Part shown: one piece after another, positions 1 through 9,914 of the stretch
Position numbering within the stretch: position 1 is the first letter of the stretch
How the letters are laid out: the number at the start of each line of letters is the position of its first letter
Source: Bacillota bacterium
GTDB lineage: Bacteria > Bacillota > Clostridia > Christensenellales > SZUA-584
Direction of reading: 5' to 3'
NCBI GenBank assembly: GCA_023396555.1
Contig: JAEWWC010000100.1
Location: 6,634 to 70,633, forward strand
Length of the DNA stretch: 64,000 bases
The notes under the pieces: generated by a model
What the model was told of the DNA's origin: nothing
The model's input: only the letters and a program-made list of their open reading frames with translations
The model's database searches: none
Program-made: the position numbers and the translations under genes

Positions 1-660
1 GTTTTGTTTGGTTACGAACAAATGTATACACCGACACAAGGTATGTGGACGATCAACGGATGCAGTGAGTTTATTAAGCATGTTTCTGCACGTGCTAACG
101 CGCCTATGTATCTTACCATTGACACTGCGCATCAGGTTGGACAGCATATGTTTATAAAACCTACCGTAGAAGACATTGAAGCGATGCAATCGAATAGAAG
201 TCTCCGAATGAGTTATCTACCAGCGGCAATACAAGAGCCTATTTTAAATAAGGAAAATGCTAAACAAATCCATCTAATGCTGGATAAATTCGATTATTGG
301 TTTGCAGAACCAAAGGATAGTGACGTTTATCAATGGTTTTCGCGGTTAGGATGCTATTCGCCCATTGTACATTTGCAGCAAACCGACGGCACTTACTCTT
401 CGCATAAACCATTTACTGCGCAATATAACAAGAACGGTATAATCAGACCAAAGGAAGTTTTTGCTGCCATCAAGGCATCGTATGATAATGAAGAGGAAGC
501 AGGAATGCCCCCACGTGTGAATGATATTTATCTTGCTTTTGAGGTGTTTTTTAGTGTAATGGATGCAACGGACAAAATTATTAGCGACCTGAGAGAATCA
601 GTTGAATATTGGCGAAAAGACATGCCGCGAGACGGAATGCGGCTGGATGAACTGGTATAA
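1..660 (+). CDS. Sugar phosphate isomerase/epimerase-like (xylose-isomerase-like TIM barrel) protein, C-terminal part; 5' end outside window
   Basis: The frame is open from base 1 to the TAA at 658-660 (track ORF 4..660). The family call rests only on motif-level recognition (TIDTAHQ, HLQQTDG..SHKPF) and is weak. Confidence 0.45.
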   Translation, partial: VLFGYEQMYTPTQGMWTINGCSEFIKHVSARANAPMYLTIDTAHQVGQHMFIKPTVEDIEAMQSNRSLRMSYLPAAIQEPILNKENAKQIHLMLDKFDYWFAEPKDSDVYQWFSRLGCYSPIVHLQQTDGTYSSHKPFTAQYNKNGIIRPKEVFAAIKASYDNEEEAGMPPRVNDIYLAFEVFFSVMDATDKIISDLRESVEYWRKDMPRDGMRLDELV

Positions 661-663
661 AGA

Positions 664-1112
664 TATATATCTCGCACTGAAAGGACGAGATATTTGGAGC
701 TGTGTGACCGAATCACGATCATGAAATGCGGTAAGGTGGTCGAAACCGTCGATACCAAGCTACAACTATAGATAATGTGATCGCGTCCATGATCGGCAAG
801 AGCATTCCGCGATGTTCTCCAAAAGGACCTATCAGTCCAACGGAGACGTTGTGCTGAGCGTTAAAGGGATAGCAACGGGAGCAGGACAGAGTATATTTTT
901 GAACAAATCCCTGCTACACTTGACGTTTCAATCTCGATAGAAAGAATCGTCCGAGAAGGAAAGGCTCTTTTCACATTATTCAAGGATCAAAGGTGAAAAC
1001 CTATAATTACTTTATTAGATTCAGTGATGTGTTTATTCAGGGAGCTTCCGTGATGACCATTACTATGATTTACCTTGTTGTTGAAGACAAAGCAATGGGA
1101 ATAATCCCCTAA
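664..1112 (+). pseudogene. Decayed CUT2-type sugar ABC transporter ATPase (multiple stops and frameshifts)
   Basis: Typical ABC ATPase peptides are recognisable but scattered over different frames with stops between them: ISH*KDEIF / ELCDRITIMKCGKVVETVDTK, MIGKSIP..FSKRTYQSNGDVVLSVKGIATGAG, and GASVMTITMIYLVVEDKAMG. Confidence 0.55.
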
Positions 1113-1116
1113 ATTT

Positions 1117-2871
1117 TTAATTTTGAATTGAAGGGATTTTTATTATTATCTTTGTTCCTTTATTGGGCGAAGACAAAACTTTTAGGCCATAATTCCCGCC
1201 GTAGTATAACGTAATCCGCTTTTTAACATTGTGAATGCCAATGCCGGTATGCATCGTGCTTTTTTTGACTGTATTAACGGGCTGTGTAACATCAAAACCT
1301 TGGCCGTTGTCAATCACGCTGATGAATAGCTTGCCATTTTTCTCCCGTGCTTTTATGACGATGGAGCATTTCTCATTATCCGGATTAGTTGCGTATAGTA
1401 TAGCATTTTCGATAAACGGCTGCAGAATAAACTTCAATGTCTGATATTGAAAAATGGTCTTTGGTATATCGTATTGAATATCAAAGGTGTCACCAAAACG
1501 GTATTTCTGGAGAAAGGCGTAATTCTGAATGCTTTCGATTTCTTCGCTGAGGGAGACTTCTTCCTGGTCGGAAGACGAGATATTATAGCGCAACAGCCTG
1601 ATCAACGCATTGGTCATATCCGCAACAACGTCATTGTTGTGGATCAGCGCGACCCAACGGATGGAGTCCAGCGTATTATACAAGAAGTGCGGGTTGATCT
1701 GCGATTGCAGTATTTCAAATTGGAGGGCAGATTTTGTTTTCTCATCTGCTATCAGCTGGTCGATGTTCCGTTTGAGCGTGGCGGTCATGCTGTTAAATGA
1801 TTCGGTCAACTGCCCGATTTCATCCGTGCGCTCGATGGGCAGCTGGATATCATATTGTCCGCGGTTAATCTGAGCGACTGAGCTGTTCAGGCGGAGGATT
1901 GGCCGGATGAACGTTTCGGACAGCCGCAGTATCATCGGAATTGTTACCAGTATGAAGCCCACGAGCACGGCCAGTGACAGCAACATTTGACTGATTAACG
2001 ATGCTGTGAGGGCTTCGAGGGATATTACCCGGATGATCTTCCAGTCGCTGTAGCGGACAGTATCGAATATAACGACGACATTTTCGCCGTTCACCTGTGT
2101 TTCGATCTGGTTGCTCTCAGTAGAGAACAGGTCGCTATTTTGCAGCAGCTGAAAATCGCTGGCATCAAAGGAATTGGAAAAAAACTCTCGTCGCTGGTTA
2201 TCTATTATCAATATTTTTTCTTTGGACGTTTTGGCAAAAGACTTGAAAAGGGATTTCATATAAGAATAGTCGATATCCACAATGATGCGCCCAATGGGGA
2301 TGTCGGTATTGGGATTTAAAATAGGCTGCGTGTAGGATATGACCGATTGATTGTTATATGCCTGATAGCTTTGTGAATGTATACCGGAATAAAAAACATC
2401 GTGTCTCAAATCCTTAAGTATAAACAGCTCATATTCCGTTATCAGGCGGATCTCCTGCAGTGTATCCGAGCTGCTGAAGATATTCTCGCTATCGCCGATT
2501 ACATATAATCCCAATATAAAATTCGAGGAAATTTCCAGATTGTGCAGCTGTTCGTCTATTTTTTCTTTTGATTGCCTGAATGCCGCCCTTTCCTCGGAGG
2601 TGCTGGCTGAATATAACAACAGGCTGGGATCTATGTCGATGCTGTCGGCAATGCCATGCACCATAGCGAGAATCAACTCAAGGCTCACTTTGAGCTCGCT
2701 GGTGGACTTTTGGATATTCTCCAGCTCACGCGTTTTCTGGCTGTCGTAGAACACAAAATTCAATACCGCTGTGAGCACAATCATGGCGGCAAAGATTAGC
2801 GTGATGATGCTGAAAGTCAGGCGTTTTTTGATTGTGTTGTTTAGTGAAAACCCTTTCAAACCTCGGCTCAT
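1117..2871 (-). CDS. Sensor histidine kinase, YesM-like (TM-sensor-TM, HAMP, His_kinase, HATPase_c)
   Basis: 584-aa ORF with an N-terminal TM helix and a HAMP-like segment (RTDEIGQLTESFNSM). It has the phosphoacceptor block INPHFLYNTLDSIRWVA and a C-terminal ATPase block (DNGQGF..GIGIHNV). Its start overlaps the upstream regulator's stop by 4 nt. Confidence 0.9.
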   Translation of the reverse strand: MSRGLKGFSLNNTIKKRLTFSIITLIFAAMIVLTAVLNFVFYDSQKTRELENIQKSTSELKVSLELILAMVHGIADSIDIDPSLLLYSASTSEERAAFRQSKEKIDEQLHNLEISSNFILGLYVIGDSENIFSSSDTLQEIRLITEYELFILKDLRHDVFYSGIHSQSYQAYNNQSVISYTQPILNPNTDIPIGRIIVDIDYSYMKSLFKSFAKTSKEKILIIDNQRREFFSNSFDASDFQLLQNSDLFSTESNQIETQVNGENVVVIFDTVRYSDWKIIRVISLEALTASLISQMLLSLAVLVGFILVTIPMILRLSETFIRPILRLNSSVAQINRGQYDIQLPIERTDEIGQLTESFNSMTATLKRNIDQLIADEKTKSALQFEILQSQINPHFLYNTLDSIRWVALIHNNDVVADMTNALIRLLRYNISSSDQEEVSLSEEIESIQNYAFLQKYRFGDTFDIQYDIPKTIFQYQTLKFILQPFIENAILYATNPDNEKCSIVIKAREKNGKLFISVIDNGQGFDVTQPVNTVKKSTMHTGIGIHNVKKRITLYYGGNYGLKVLSSPNKGTKIIIKIPSIQN

Positions 2872-4409
2872 GAATGCTTCTGCCTGCCTTTGCGATATTC
2901 CGAGCAGGTTTTCCCTGTAATCTTGTTGAATATCTTGCTGAAATAATATGGGCTGTCGTATCCCACAGCATGAGCAATCTCATATATCTTTTTGTCAGTG
3001 TCTCTGAGTAACGCTTTGGCGTGGTCTATTCGTACATTGTTGATATAATTGTGCATTTTCTGCTTGGTTTCCTTAACAAAAAGATAACTCAAATAGCTGT
3101 ACGAGATACCAAATTCATCTGAGATGGAGGCTAGTGATATGGGGCTCGCGTAATGTGCGTGGATATAATCAATGCACTTTTGCACCACGTAGGAGGATTT
3201 TGGAGTATAGATAGCCTGCGAATAGACTGTTTCACAAAAGGAAAGTATGCGGGTGCGGTATGCCGAGAAAACAGGCATATCGGAAAGGCTGAACGGAAAT
3301 TCTTCCAGCAATAGCGATATTGTAGCGTCGTCCATGCTTTGCCCGAGGGTTTTGATGATTTGCTGCCTGAACTGGTCGAGGCTGCGCCTAGCCACCTGGA
3401 TGCTCCCCGACGCATGGATTTGGTTCAGAATATCCGTGATACGGAGAAAAAACTCATTCCGGTCGACGATGGGGCTGCTGATTTTGGACATGTCGATGCG
3501 GGCGGCAGGGCTGCAGACTTGACTGGGGTCATACTGTATGCAGGCGGCATCGCTGAAATAAGCGGTGTTTTTTGCTATCACGGCCTGTTTGTGCGCAGCG
3601 AAAGCTCGTTGAAAGCCGGTTATCTGGGCGCTAATGCCTGTCAATGTTTTCATGTTGAAGTATTGGTTCAGATTACTGCAAATCATATTGCATAGCTTCG
3701 CGACTGGTATGGCGCCCGACGCTCCGATGAACAATATCAGAGAAGCCTGTTCGGTGAGAAAAAGCATAGGTACGTTATCTGGCAGTACATCTGTGACCAT
3801 ATTTTCTATCACGCTGGTGGAGTACTTTTTATCAAATTCTATCACGTTGGACGCCGTCTTGGGGTGTTTGTAGAGCATCTCGATTTCCAACGCGTAATAG
3901 TCTGCCAAGTGAAAGCCGGCATTTATAAAAACAGTATCCAATTGGGACGTGCTCAGCGCGTTTTCGCCCCGCAGATAGGCGCTGAGAGTTTGGCGGGACA
4001 TCGCAGGCGGGCCCGTCTGAGGTGCAAGGGACGTTCTGTCGTTGACCTCGATGCCTTTTAAAATATTCAGTATATTGTCTTTATTGGCTTCGGATTTAAG
4101 AAGGTATTCGGCCACGCCCAGCTTAATGGCTCCTTTGGCGTATTCAAAGCTTTGATAATGCGTCAGGACGATGAAATGAGTTGTTTCATCGATCTCTTTA
4201 ATCTGTTTGATTAGCGTCAGACCATCCGTTTCCGGCATCGCGATATCGGTGATGACAATGTGGGGGTGATGTTTTTTGAACAAATCCATGGCTTCGACTG
4301 CGTTTTTTGCGGTGCCAACAAGATGATACCCGCTGTCCTCCCAGGGGATCGTGGACTGCAGGCCGACTCTTATCAAGAACTCATCATCGACAATCAAAAC
4401 TTTTTTCAC
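2868..4409 (-). CDS. Response regulator with receiver domain and C-terminal AraC-type HTH (YesN-like)
   Basis: 513-aa ORF. The N-terminus MKKVLIVDDEF..DIAMPETDG is a receiver domain. The C-terminus (IYEIAHAVGYDSPYYFSKIFNKITGKT) is an AraC HTH. It is translationally coupled to the kinase. Confidence 0.9.
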   Translation of the reverse strand: MKKVLIVDDEFLIRVGLQSTIPWEDSGYHLVGTAKNAVEAMDLFKKHHPHIVITDIAMPETDGLTLIKQIKEIDETTHFIVLTHYQSFEYAKGAIKLGVAEYLLKSEANKDNILNILKGIEVNDRTSLAPQTGPPAMSRQTLSAYLRGENALSTSQLDTVFINAGFHLADYYALEIEMLYKHPKTASNVIEFDKKYSTSVIENMVTDVLPDNVPMLFLTEQASLILFIGASGAIPVAKLCNMICSNLNQYFNMKTLTGISAQITGFQRAFAAHKQAVIAKNTAYFSDAACIQYDPSQVCSPAARIDMSKISSPIVDRNEFFLRITDILNQIHASGSIQVARRSLDQFRQQIIKTLGQSMDDATISLLLEEFPFSLSDMPVFSAYRTRILSFCETVYSQAIYTPKSSYVVQKCIDYIHAHYASPISLASISDEFGISYSYLSYLFVKETKQKMHNYINNVRIDHAKALLRDTDKKIYEIAHAVGYDSPYYFSKIFNKITGKTCSEYRKGRQKHS

Positions 4410-4729
4410 GGATTATCAGGGTCGACGGGTCAAGAAAACTAGTGATTCCCCCAAGGCCCTTTTTTACTCCTTTGTAAAATGATCAGCAAAAAAATGAAGA
4501 ATAAAACTGATAACAACATTATATTATGGCGGTTACGGCGTGTCCACATGAAAGTCTTGAATGGCCTGCGGAACGTGAAAGAATGCAAAAAATAAAAACA
4601 ATTATTGTTTAGAACTTAAGAATCATTAAAGAGAACAATAAAATACTGTAACTAAACTCCGTGAATACAAAAAATGAGTGCATTTACTTGATCGACGTGG
4701 AAACGTAAAATGGGCACCGAGGTGACAAA

Positions 4730-6214
4730 ATGAAATGTCTGCTTGGCATAGATGTAGGGACATCGGGCGTAAAAGCACTGCTGCTTAATGTAAACGGAAA
4801 GATCGTGGCGAGCGCATACAGGGAGTATGGGGTGGATATACCGGCTCTGGGTCGGGCGGAACAGGATCCGGAAACCTGGTGGAAAGCAACGCAGGATATA
4901 TTGCTAGAGCTTAAGACAAAACAGGGTGATAGCTATAAGAGTATTGCATGCATCGGATTCTCGGGACAAATGCATGGCCTAGTTATGGTGGATAAGGATA
5001 TGAAACCGATTCGTCCAGCGATCGTTTGGCTGGATCAGCGGGCCAAACGTGAAGTTGAGCACATATATGGCGTTATTCCGTCGGAGTCCTTTCACAAGAT
5101 AACACTCAATAGGGCGTCCAGTGGTTTTGCACTACCGTCGCTGCTTTGGATCAAGCAGCATGAGCCGGGAGAATTTGAGAAAATTTTCAAGGTGATGCTG
5201 CCAAAGGATTATGTGAGAATGAGGATGACTGGGCAGATTGCGATTGACATGTCGGATGCGTCCAGCACGGTGGCCTTTGATACGAAGAAGCGGGAATGGG
5301 CAGGCGAGATACTCTGGGCGCTTGGTCTACGCCGGGAACTGTTCCCGGAATGCTATGAAGGTGACATGATAGCTGGCACGGTGCGGGAGAACATTTGCGA
5401 AGATCTGGGGTTGCCCAAGGGCGTGCCGGTAGTGTTTGGCGGAGGGGATCAACCCGTGCAGGGCGTGGGCAATGGTGTTATCCGGAGCGGTCTGATGTAC
5501 ACCAATATCGGCACGAGCGGACAGGTATCCATATATTCTGATAAGCCCATGTTTGACAGCCAACACAGGACGCACACCTTCTGCCACGCAATAAAGAACG
5601 GATGGAGCATATTTGGGGCGACGCTGTCGAGCGGGCTCGCGCTCAAGTGGCTAAAAAATAACATACTCGAGCTGGAGGATTATAACAGTATGTGCAACGC
5701 GGCCGCAGAAGTGCCTGCGGGCAGCGACGGCGTCATGTTCCTGCCATACCTAGCGGGCGAACGGACACCGCACTTTGACAACAGCGCCAAGGCGATATTC
5801 TTCGGGCTGAGGCTGGGGCACGACCAGAGGCATATGATACGGTCGGTAATGGAAGGTGTGGTTTATTCGCTAAAAGAGTCATTGGTGCTGTTTGAGGAGA
5901 TGGGCGTTGAGGTCAGCAGCATCATCGCAGCGGGTGGTGGCAGCCGAAATCCAGTTTGGGTCCAAATGCAAGCGGATGTCTTCGGTAAGCCGGTCCGTGT
6001 GATCAACGTATCGGAGCAGGCATGCCTGGGGGCTGCGATGCTGGCCGGTGTGGGGTGCGGGCTGTTCGAATCGTACGAACAGGCAACTGACACGTATGTC
6101 AGATTCAGCGACAGAGTATATGAGCCGGACCCGAGGACTCAGGAGGCCTATCTGCAAGGCTTTGACAGATATAAAAAGCTCTATAACAACAACAAGATAC
6201 TGTATAAGGAGTAA
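4730..6214 (+). CDS. xylB: Xylulokinase-like FGGY family carbohydrate kinase
   Basis: 494-aa ORF with FGGY motifs GIDVGTSGVKALL, FSGQMHGLVMVD and RPAIVWLDQRA. The C-terminal domain has GGGSRNPVWVQMQADVFG. Confidence 0.75.
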   Translation: MKCLLGIDVGTSGVKALLLNVNGKIVASAYREYGVDIPALGRAEQDPETWWKATQDILLELKTKQGDSYKSIACIGFSGQMHGLVMVDKDMKPIRPAIVWLDQRAKREVEHIYGVIPSESFHKITLNRASSGFALPSLLWIKQHEPGEFEKIFKVMLPKDYVRMRMTGQIAIDMSDASSTVAFDTKKREWAGEILWALGLRRELFPECYEGDMIAGTVRENICEDLGLPKGVPVVFGGGDQPVQGVGNGVIRSGLMYTNIGTSGQVSIYSDKPMFDSQHRTHTFCHAIKNGWSIFGATLSSGLALKWLKNNILELEDYNSMCNAAAEVPAGSDGVMFLPYLAGERTPHFDNSAKAIFFGLRLGHDQRHMIRSVMEGVVYSLKESLVLFEEMGVEVSSIIAAGGGSRNPVWVQMQADVFGKPVRVINVSEQACLGAAMLAGVGCGLFESYEQATDTYVRFSDRVYEPDPRTQEAYLQGFDRYKKLYNNNKILYKE

Positions 6215-6217
6215 CGT

Positions 6218-7237
6218 ATGAAGGCAGCTGTTTTTTGTGGCAAAGGCAATATCGAGATACAGGACATTGCAGTGAGGGAGCCAAAAAGCGATGAAGTCAT
6301 CATTCGGATTGCCTATTGCGGCATCTGCGGCACTGACGTGCACATCTATGCAGGCAGCGACGGATCCGTCAAGGTAACGCCGCCCGTAATACTGGGTCAT
6401 GAGTATTCCGGTACCGTATATCAGGTGGGCAGCGGCGTCACGCGGTTTAGTCCCGGCCAGCGCGTTGTGGTGGATCCCAACTTGAGTTGCGGCGAGTGCC
6501 AGTTCTGCCTGGGCGGCAAACGGCATCTTTGTGAGAAGCTGGTGGGTATCGGCACGGCGGCGGATGGTGGTTTTGCCGAGTACGCCTACGCGAAGCAGGA
6601 ACTGGTGTATGCAATTCCCAATAACGTGACGTTTGAAGACGCAGCGTTTGCGGAGCCTGTTGCCTGTTGCCTTCACGGCATAGACCTGTGCAACATCCGT
6701 CAGGGTGATAATGTGGCGATCATCGGCGGCGGCACCATCGGCATGATCATGCTGCAGCTCGCCAGAAATGCAGGTGCAGCCAATATTACGGTGGTTGAGC
6801 CAGTGGCCTCGAAACGCGAAACAGCTTTGAAACTGGGCGCGATGCTATGCATAGACCCGGTGAACGCGGACGTAAAACAGGAGATCAAAAAAGCGGGAAT
6901 CCACAACGTGGATGTGGTGATCGAATGCGTCGGCAAGGCACAGACGGTGGAATCCGCTGTGCACATCGCCGGCAAGGGTGCGACGGTGATGTGGTTTGGC
7001 CTCACCAAGGCTGGCGTCGCCAGTCGGATCTATCAATATGAGGTGTTCTTAAAGGAGCTGACGTTGCGGGCATCGTTCGTCAACCCCCACACGATGCAGC
7101 GGAGCATCAACTTACTGGCAGCGGGGCAGCTGTCTTTGGCGCCTCTGGTGGCCAAGGTGCTCACGCTGGACGATCTACGTACCGTTTTTGACGACAAGGC
7201 GCTGGTCAGCCAAGGAAAGCTTCTGGTGAAAGCGTAA
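6218..7237 (+). CDS. Zn-dependent medium-chain polyol dehydrogenase (sorbitol/xylitol/threonine dehydrogenase family)
   Basis: 339-aa ORF with catalytic Zn motif CGICGTDVH..GHEYSG, a structural Zn Cys cluster (CGECQFCLGGKRHLC) and Rossmann motif IIGGGTIG. It starts 4 nt after the kinase stop. Confidence 0.85.
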   Translation: MKAAVFCGKGNIEIQDIAVREPKSDEVIIRIAYCGICGTDVHIYAGSDGSVKVTPPVILGHEYSGTVYQVGSGVTRFSPGQRVVVDPNLSCGECQFCLGGKRHLCEKLVGIGTAADGGFAEYAYAKQELVYAIPNNVTFEDAAFAEPVACCLHGIDLCNIRQGDNVAIIGGGTIGMIMLQLARNAGAANITVVEPVASKRETALKLGAMLCIDPVNADVKQEIKKAGIHNVDVVIECVGKAQTVESAVHIAGKGATVMWFGLTKAGVASRIYQYEVFLKELTLRASFVNPHTMQRSINLLAAGQLSLAPLVAKVLTLDDLRTVFDDKALVSQGKLLVKA

Positions 7238-7280
7238 ATAATCAATCAATTTCCCGATAAAACAATGAAGGAGGAAGAAG

Positions 7281-8315
7281 ATGAAGAAAATACTGATTAT
7301 GGTGTTGCTGGTTGCGGTGAGCGTCATGATGATGGTCGGCTGTAGCCTGGGCGGAGATGCGGCAACGGGTGCGCCCGCCGACAGTAATTCCGCTGCGCCA
7401 GAGGAAATCGATGTTTCCCAGCTGGTCATCGGCGTTTCGATGCTAACCCAGGACGCACCGTATTATGTGGCGCAGGTGGAAGCAATCCAGGAAAAGGGCG
7501 CTGAGCTGGGCGTGAAGGAAGTCATCATGACGGACGCGCAGGGCGACATGAACAAACAGGTGTCGGACGTGGAAGACCTGCTGTCCAAGGGTATCGACAT
7601 ACTGATCCTGAACCCGAAAGATCCGCTGGCGTTGGTTTCGGCCACCAAGAAAGCGATGAGTCAGGGTATCCCGGTCATTGTGATCGACAGCGCGATCGAC
7701 GAATCCGCGGACATCGTGGCGGCGATCTCGTCTGACAACGATGCGAACGGCAAGCTGGTCGGCGAGTGGTTCGTGGGTCAGATGGGTGGCAAGGATATCA
7801 AGCTGGCTGTGATGAGCGGTTCTCAGGGCAGCGTGGTGGGACAGATCAGAAGGCTTTCCACGATCAGCGGTATTGTTGAGACTATGCTGCAGCAGAAGAA
7901 CTCCACCCAAGGTTTTGAAATTGTGACACAAGGTTGGGGTGGCTGGAACCAGGAAGGCGGCCTGGATGCGATGCAGGATATACTTGTGGCGCATTCGGAT
8001 ATCAACGCGCTGCTGGCTGAAAACGACAGCATGGCGCTGGGTGCTCTGAAAGCAATACAGGAAGCCGGACTGGAAGATCAGATACTGGTGTTTGCTGCTG
8101 CTGACGGCCAGAAGGAAGCTTATGCCCTGATCAAAGAGGGCAAATACGGCGCGACAGGCCTCAACGATCCGGCGCTGATCGGCGAGACTGCTGTGGACGT
8201 GGCCTTGAGGTATCTCGGCGGCGAGAGAGGCTTCCCCCGCAACTACTACACACCGCCGGCCTGTATCACCATCGACAACGTGGACGAATACTACGATCCG
8301 AACTCTACATTCTAG
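7281..8315 (+). CDS. Sugar ABC transporter substrate-binding lipoprotein (RbsB-like, CUT2)
   Basis: 344-aa ORF with a lipoprotein signal (VMMMVGC SLGG) and a periplasmic-binding-protein type I pattern. An RBS (GGAGGAAG) lies upstream. Confidence 0.85.
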   Translation: MKKILIMVLLVAVSVMMMVGCSLGGDAATGAPADSNSAAPEEIDVSQLVIGVSMLTQDAPYYVAQVEAIQEKGAELGVKEVIMTDAQGDMNKQVSDVEDLLSKGIDILILNPKDPLALVSATKKAMSQGIPVIVIDSAIDESADIVAAISSDNDANGKLVGEWFVGQMGGKDIKLAVMSGSQGSVVGQIRRLSTISGIVETMLQQKNSTQGFEIVTQGWGGWNQEGGLDAMQDILVAHSDINALLAENDSMALGALKAIQEAGLEDQILVFAAADGQKEAYALIKEGKYGATGLNDPALIGETAVDVALRYLGGERGFPRNYYTPPACITIDNVDEYYDPNSTF

Positions 8316-8327
8316 TGGCAGGCATTG

Positions 8328-8365
8328 ATAAGCAGTGCGTACGGCCTTCCGTACGCACTGCTTAT
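8328..8365 (+). promoter_or_regulatory. Intercistronic perfect 17-bp stem-loop after the binding-protein gene
   Basis: ATAAGCAGTGCGTACGG-CCTT-CCGTACGCACTGCTTAT with no following U-run. This is the position where ABC operons often carry an mRNA-stabilising or attenuating hairpin. Confidence 0.6.
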
Positions 8366-8396
8366 GTAGGGCGACGGACGGGAAGAGAGGTGCTGT

Positions 8397-9878
8397 ATGG
8401 GCAACGAATACTGTGTGGAAGCACGAAATATCTATAAGACTTTTGGCGGCGTGCATGCGCTCAAAGATGTGACACTGCGGATCAAAAAGGGCGAGATACT
8501 TGGGCTGGTCGGGGAGAATGGCGCCGGAAAATCCACGCTGATGAAGATACTGTCGGGTGTGTACACCCGGGACAACGGCGAGCTGCTGGTGGACGGTGAG
8601 CATGTTGAATTCTACAGTCCGCACGATAGCCAGAGCAAAGGCATTGGCATCATATATCAGGAGTTTGCGTTGGCTCCGCATCTGACGGTGGCTGAGAATA
8701 TATACCTGGGCAACCTGGGCGAGGGAAAATCACTGGTCAACTGGAGAAAGTTGAACACAAAAGCGCAAAAGCTGATCTCGGACCTGGGGTTTGATATCAA
8801 CCCGCTGAGCACAGTGGAGGAGCTGAGTGTGGCGTATCAGCAGGTGGTGGAAATCGCCAAAGCGCTGACCCGGGAGGTGAAGCTGCTGATACTGGATGAG
8901 CCCACAGCGGTGCTGGCGCCCACCGAGGTGATCAAGCTTTTTGAGGTGCTGAACAACCTGCGTCAAAAGGGAGTCAGTATCGTCTATATATCGCACCGAT
9001 TGGAGGAAGTGCTGGAGATATGCGACCGCATCACGGTGCTCAAGGACGGTACGTATGTGGATACGCTGATTACGAAGGATACAACAAAGGACGAACTGAT
9101 CATAAAGATGATAGGCAGGTCCCTGCTGGATATATTTCCGCCCAAGTCAAGGACGTTTGGATGTGAGATATTCAGGGTTGAGCATATCACCGGTAAAAAG
9201 ATCACGGATGTGTCCTTTGATATCAAAGAAGGAGAAATTATCGGAATCGCCGGGCTTATTGGCAGCGGGCGGACGGAATTGGTCCGTGCAATGTTCGGTG
9301 CGGATATGCGTTACGGCGGCAATATGTATTTTAAAGGTGAGCGGATTCGCGTTAAGGGGATACGCAATGCCGTAAAGCAAGGGATCGGGCTGTTGCCCGA
9401 AAGCCGCAAGGAGCAGGGCGTGATACTTGATATGGCGGTGAAGTCCAATATATCCATGACCTGCATAAGCAAGGTGGCCAGCGCGCTGGGGATCATCCGT
9501 CGAACCAAAGAGGATGATATGGCCAAGTCTCAGGTGGATGCGCTGAATATCAAGACGGACAGTATCAATATTGAAGTGAACAGCCTGAGCGGAGGCAATC
9601 AGCAGAAAGTGTCGCTGGCGAAATGGCTGAGCGCTGATTGTAAGATCATCTTTCTGGATGAGCCGACGCGCGGCGTGGATATCGGGGCAAAAGTTGAGAT
9701 ATATAGCATCATCGACCAGTTGGCTCGTGCAGGCATTGCTGTTGTGGTCATCTCGTCGGAGATGCTTGAGGTGATTGGTCTTTGCGACAAGGTGATGGTG
9801 ATGAAACGAGGCGAGGTTTCCGGCTTTCTGGAAGGCTCAGAAATCTGCGAAGTGAACATCATGAAGTTTGCCGTATAA
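8397..9878 (+). CDS. Sugar ABC transporter ATP-binding protein (two fused ATPase domains, RbsA/MglA-like)
   Basis: 493-aa ORF with Walker [10 protein letters not shown] and GLIGSGRT, signature LSGGNQQK, and Walker B ILDEPT / FLDEPT. Confidence 0.9.
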   Translation: MGNEYCVEARNIYKTFGGVHALKDVTLRIKKGEILGLVGENGAGKSTLMKILSGVYTRDNGELLVDGEHVEFYSPHDSQSKGIGIIYQEFALAPHLTVAENIYLGNLGEGKSLVNWRKLNTKAQKLISDLGFDINPLSTVEELSVAYQQVVEIAKALTREVKLLILDEPTAVLAPTEVIKLFEVLNNLRQKGVSIVYISHRLEEVLEICDRITVLKDGTYVDTLITKDTTKDELIIKMIGRSLLDIFPPKSRTFGCEIFRVEHITGKKITDVSFDIKEGEIIGIAGLIGSGRTELVRAMFGADMRYGGNMYFKGERIRVKGIRNAVKQGIGLLPESRKEQGVILDMAVKSNISMTCISKVASALGIIRRTKEDDMAKSQVDALNIKTDSINIEVNSLSGGNQQKVSLAKWLSADCKIIFLDEPTRGVDIGAKVEIYSIIDQLARAGIAVVVISSEMLEVIGLCDKVMVMKRGEVSGFLEGSEICEVNIMKFAV

Positions 9879-9914
9879 ATGGTGCAGACTTTAGGATGAC
9901 ATATGAGGTGAAAT

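Noticed and set aside
5879-6676. 265-aa minus-strand ORF, and similar ones at 27201-27923 and 29253-30128
   Set aside because: They are antisense to the kinase/dehydrogenase genes, to the 27279..28112 gene and to the fba/lipoprotein genes respectively. They have no RBS and no motifs.
7443-8681. 412-aa ORF on the minus strand
   Set aside because: It is antisense to the well-supported binding-protein and ATPase genes. It is Arg/His/Leu-rich and low-complexity, with no RBS. It is a typical shadow ORF of GC-rich coding DNA.
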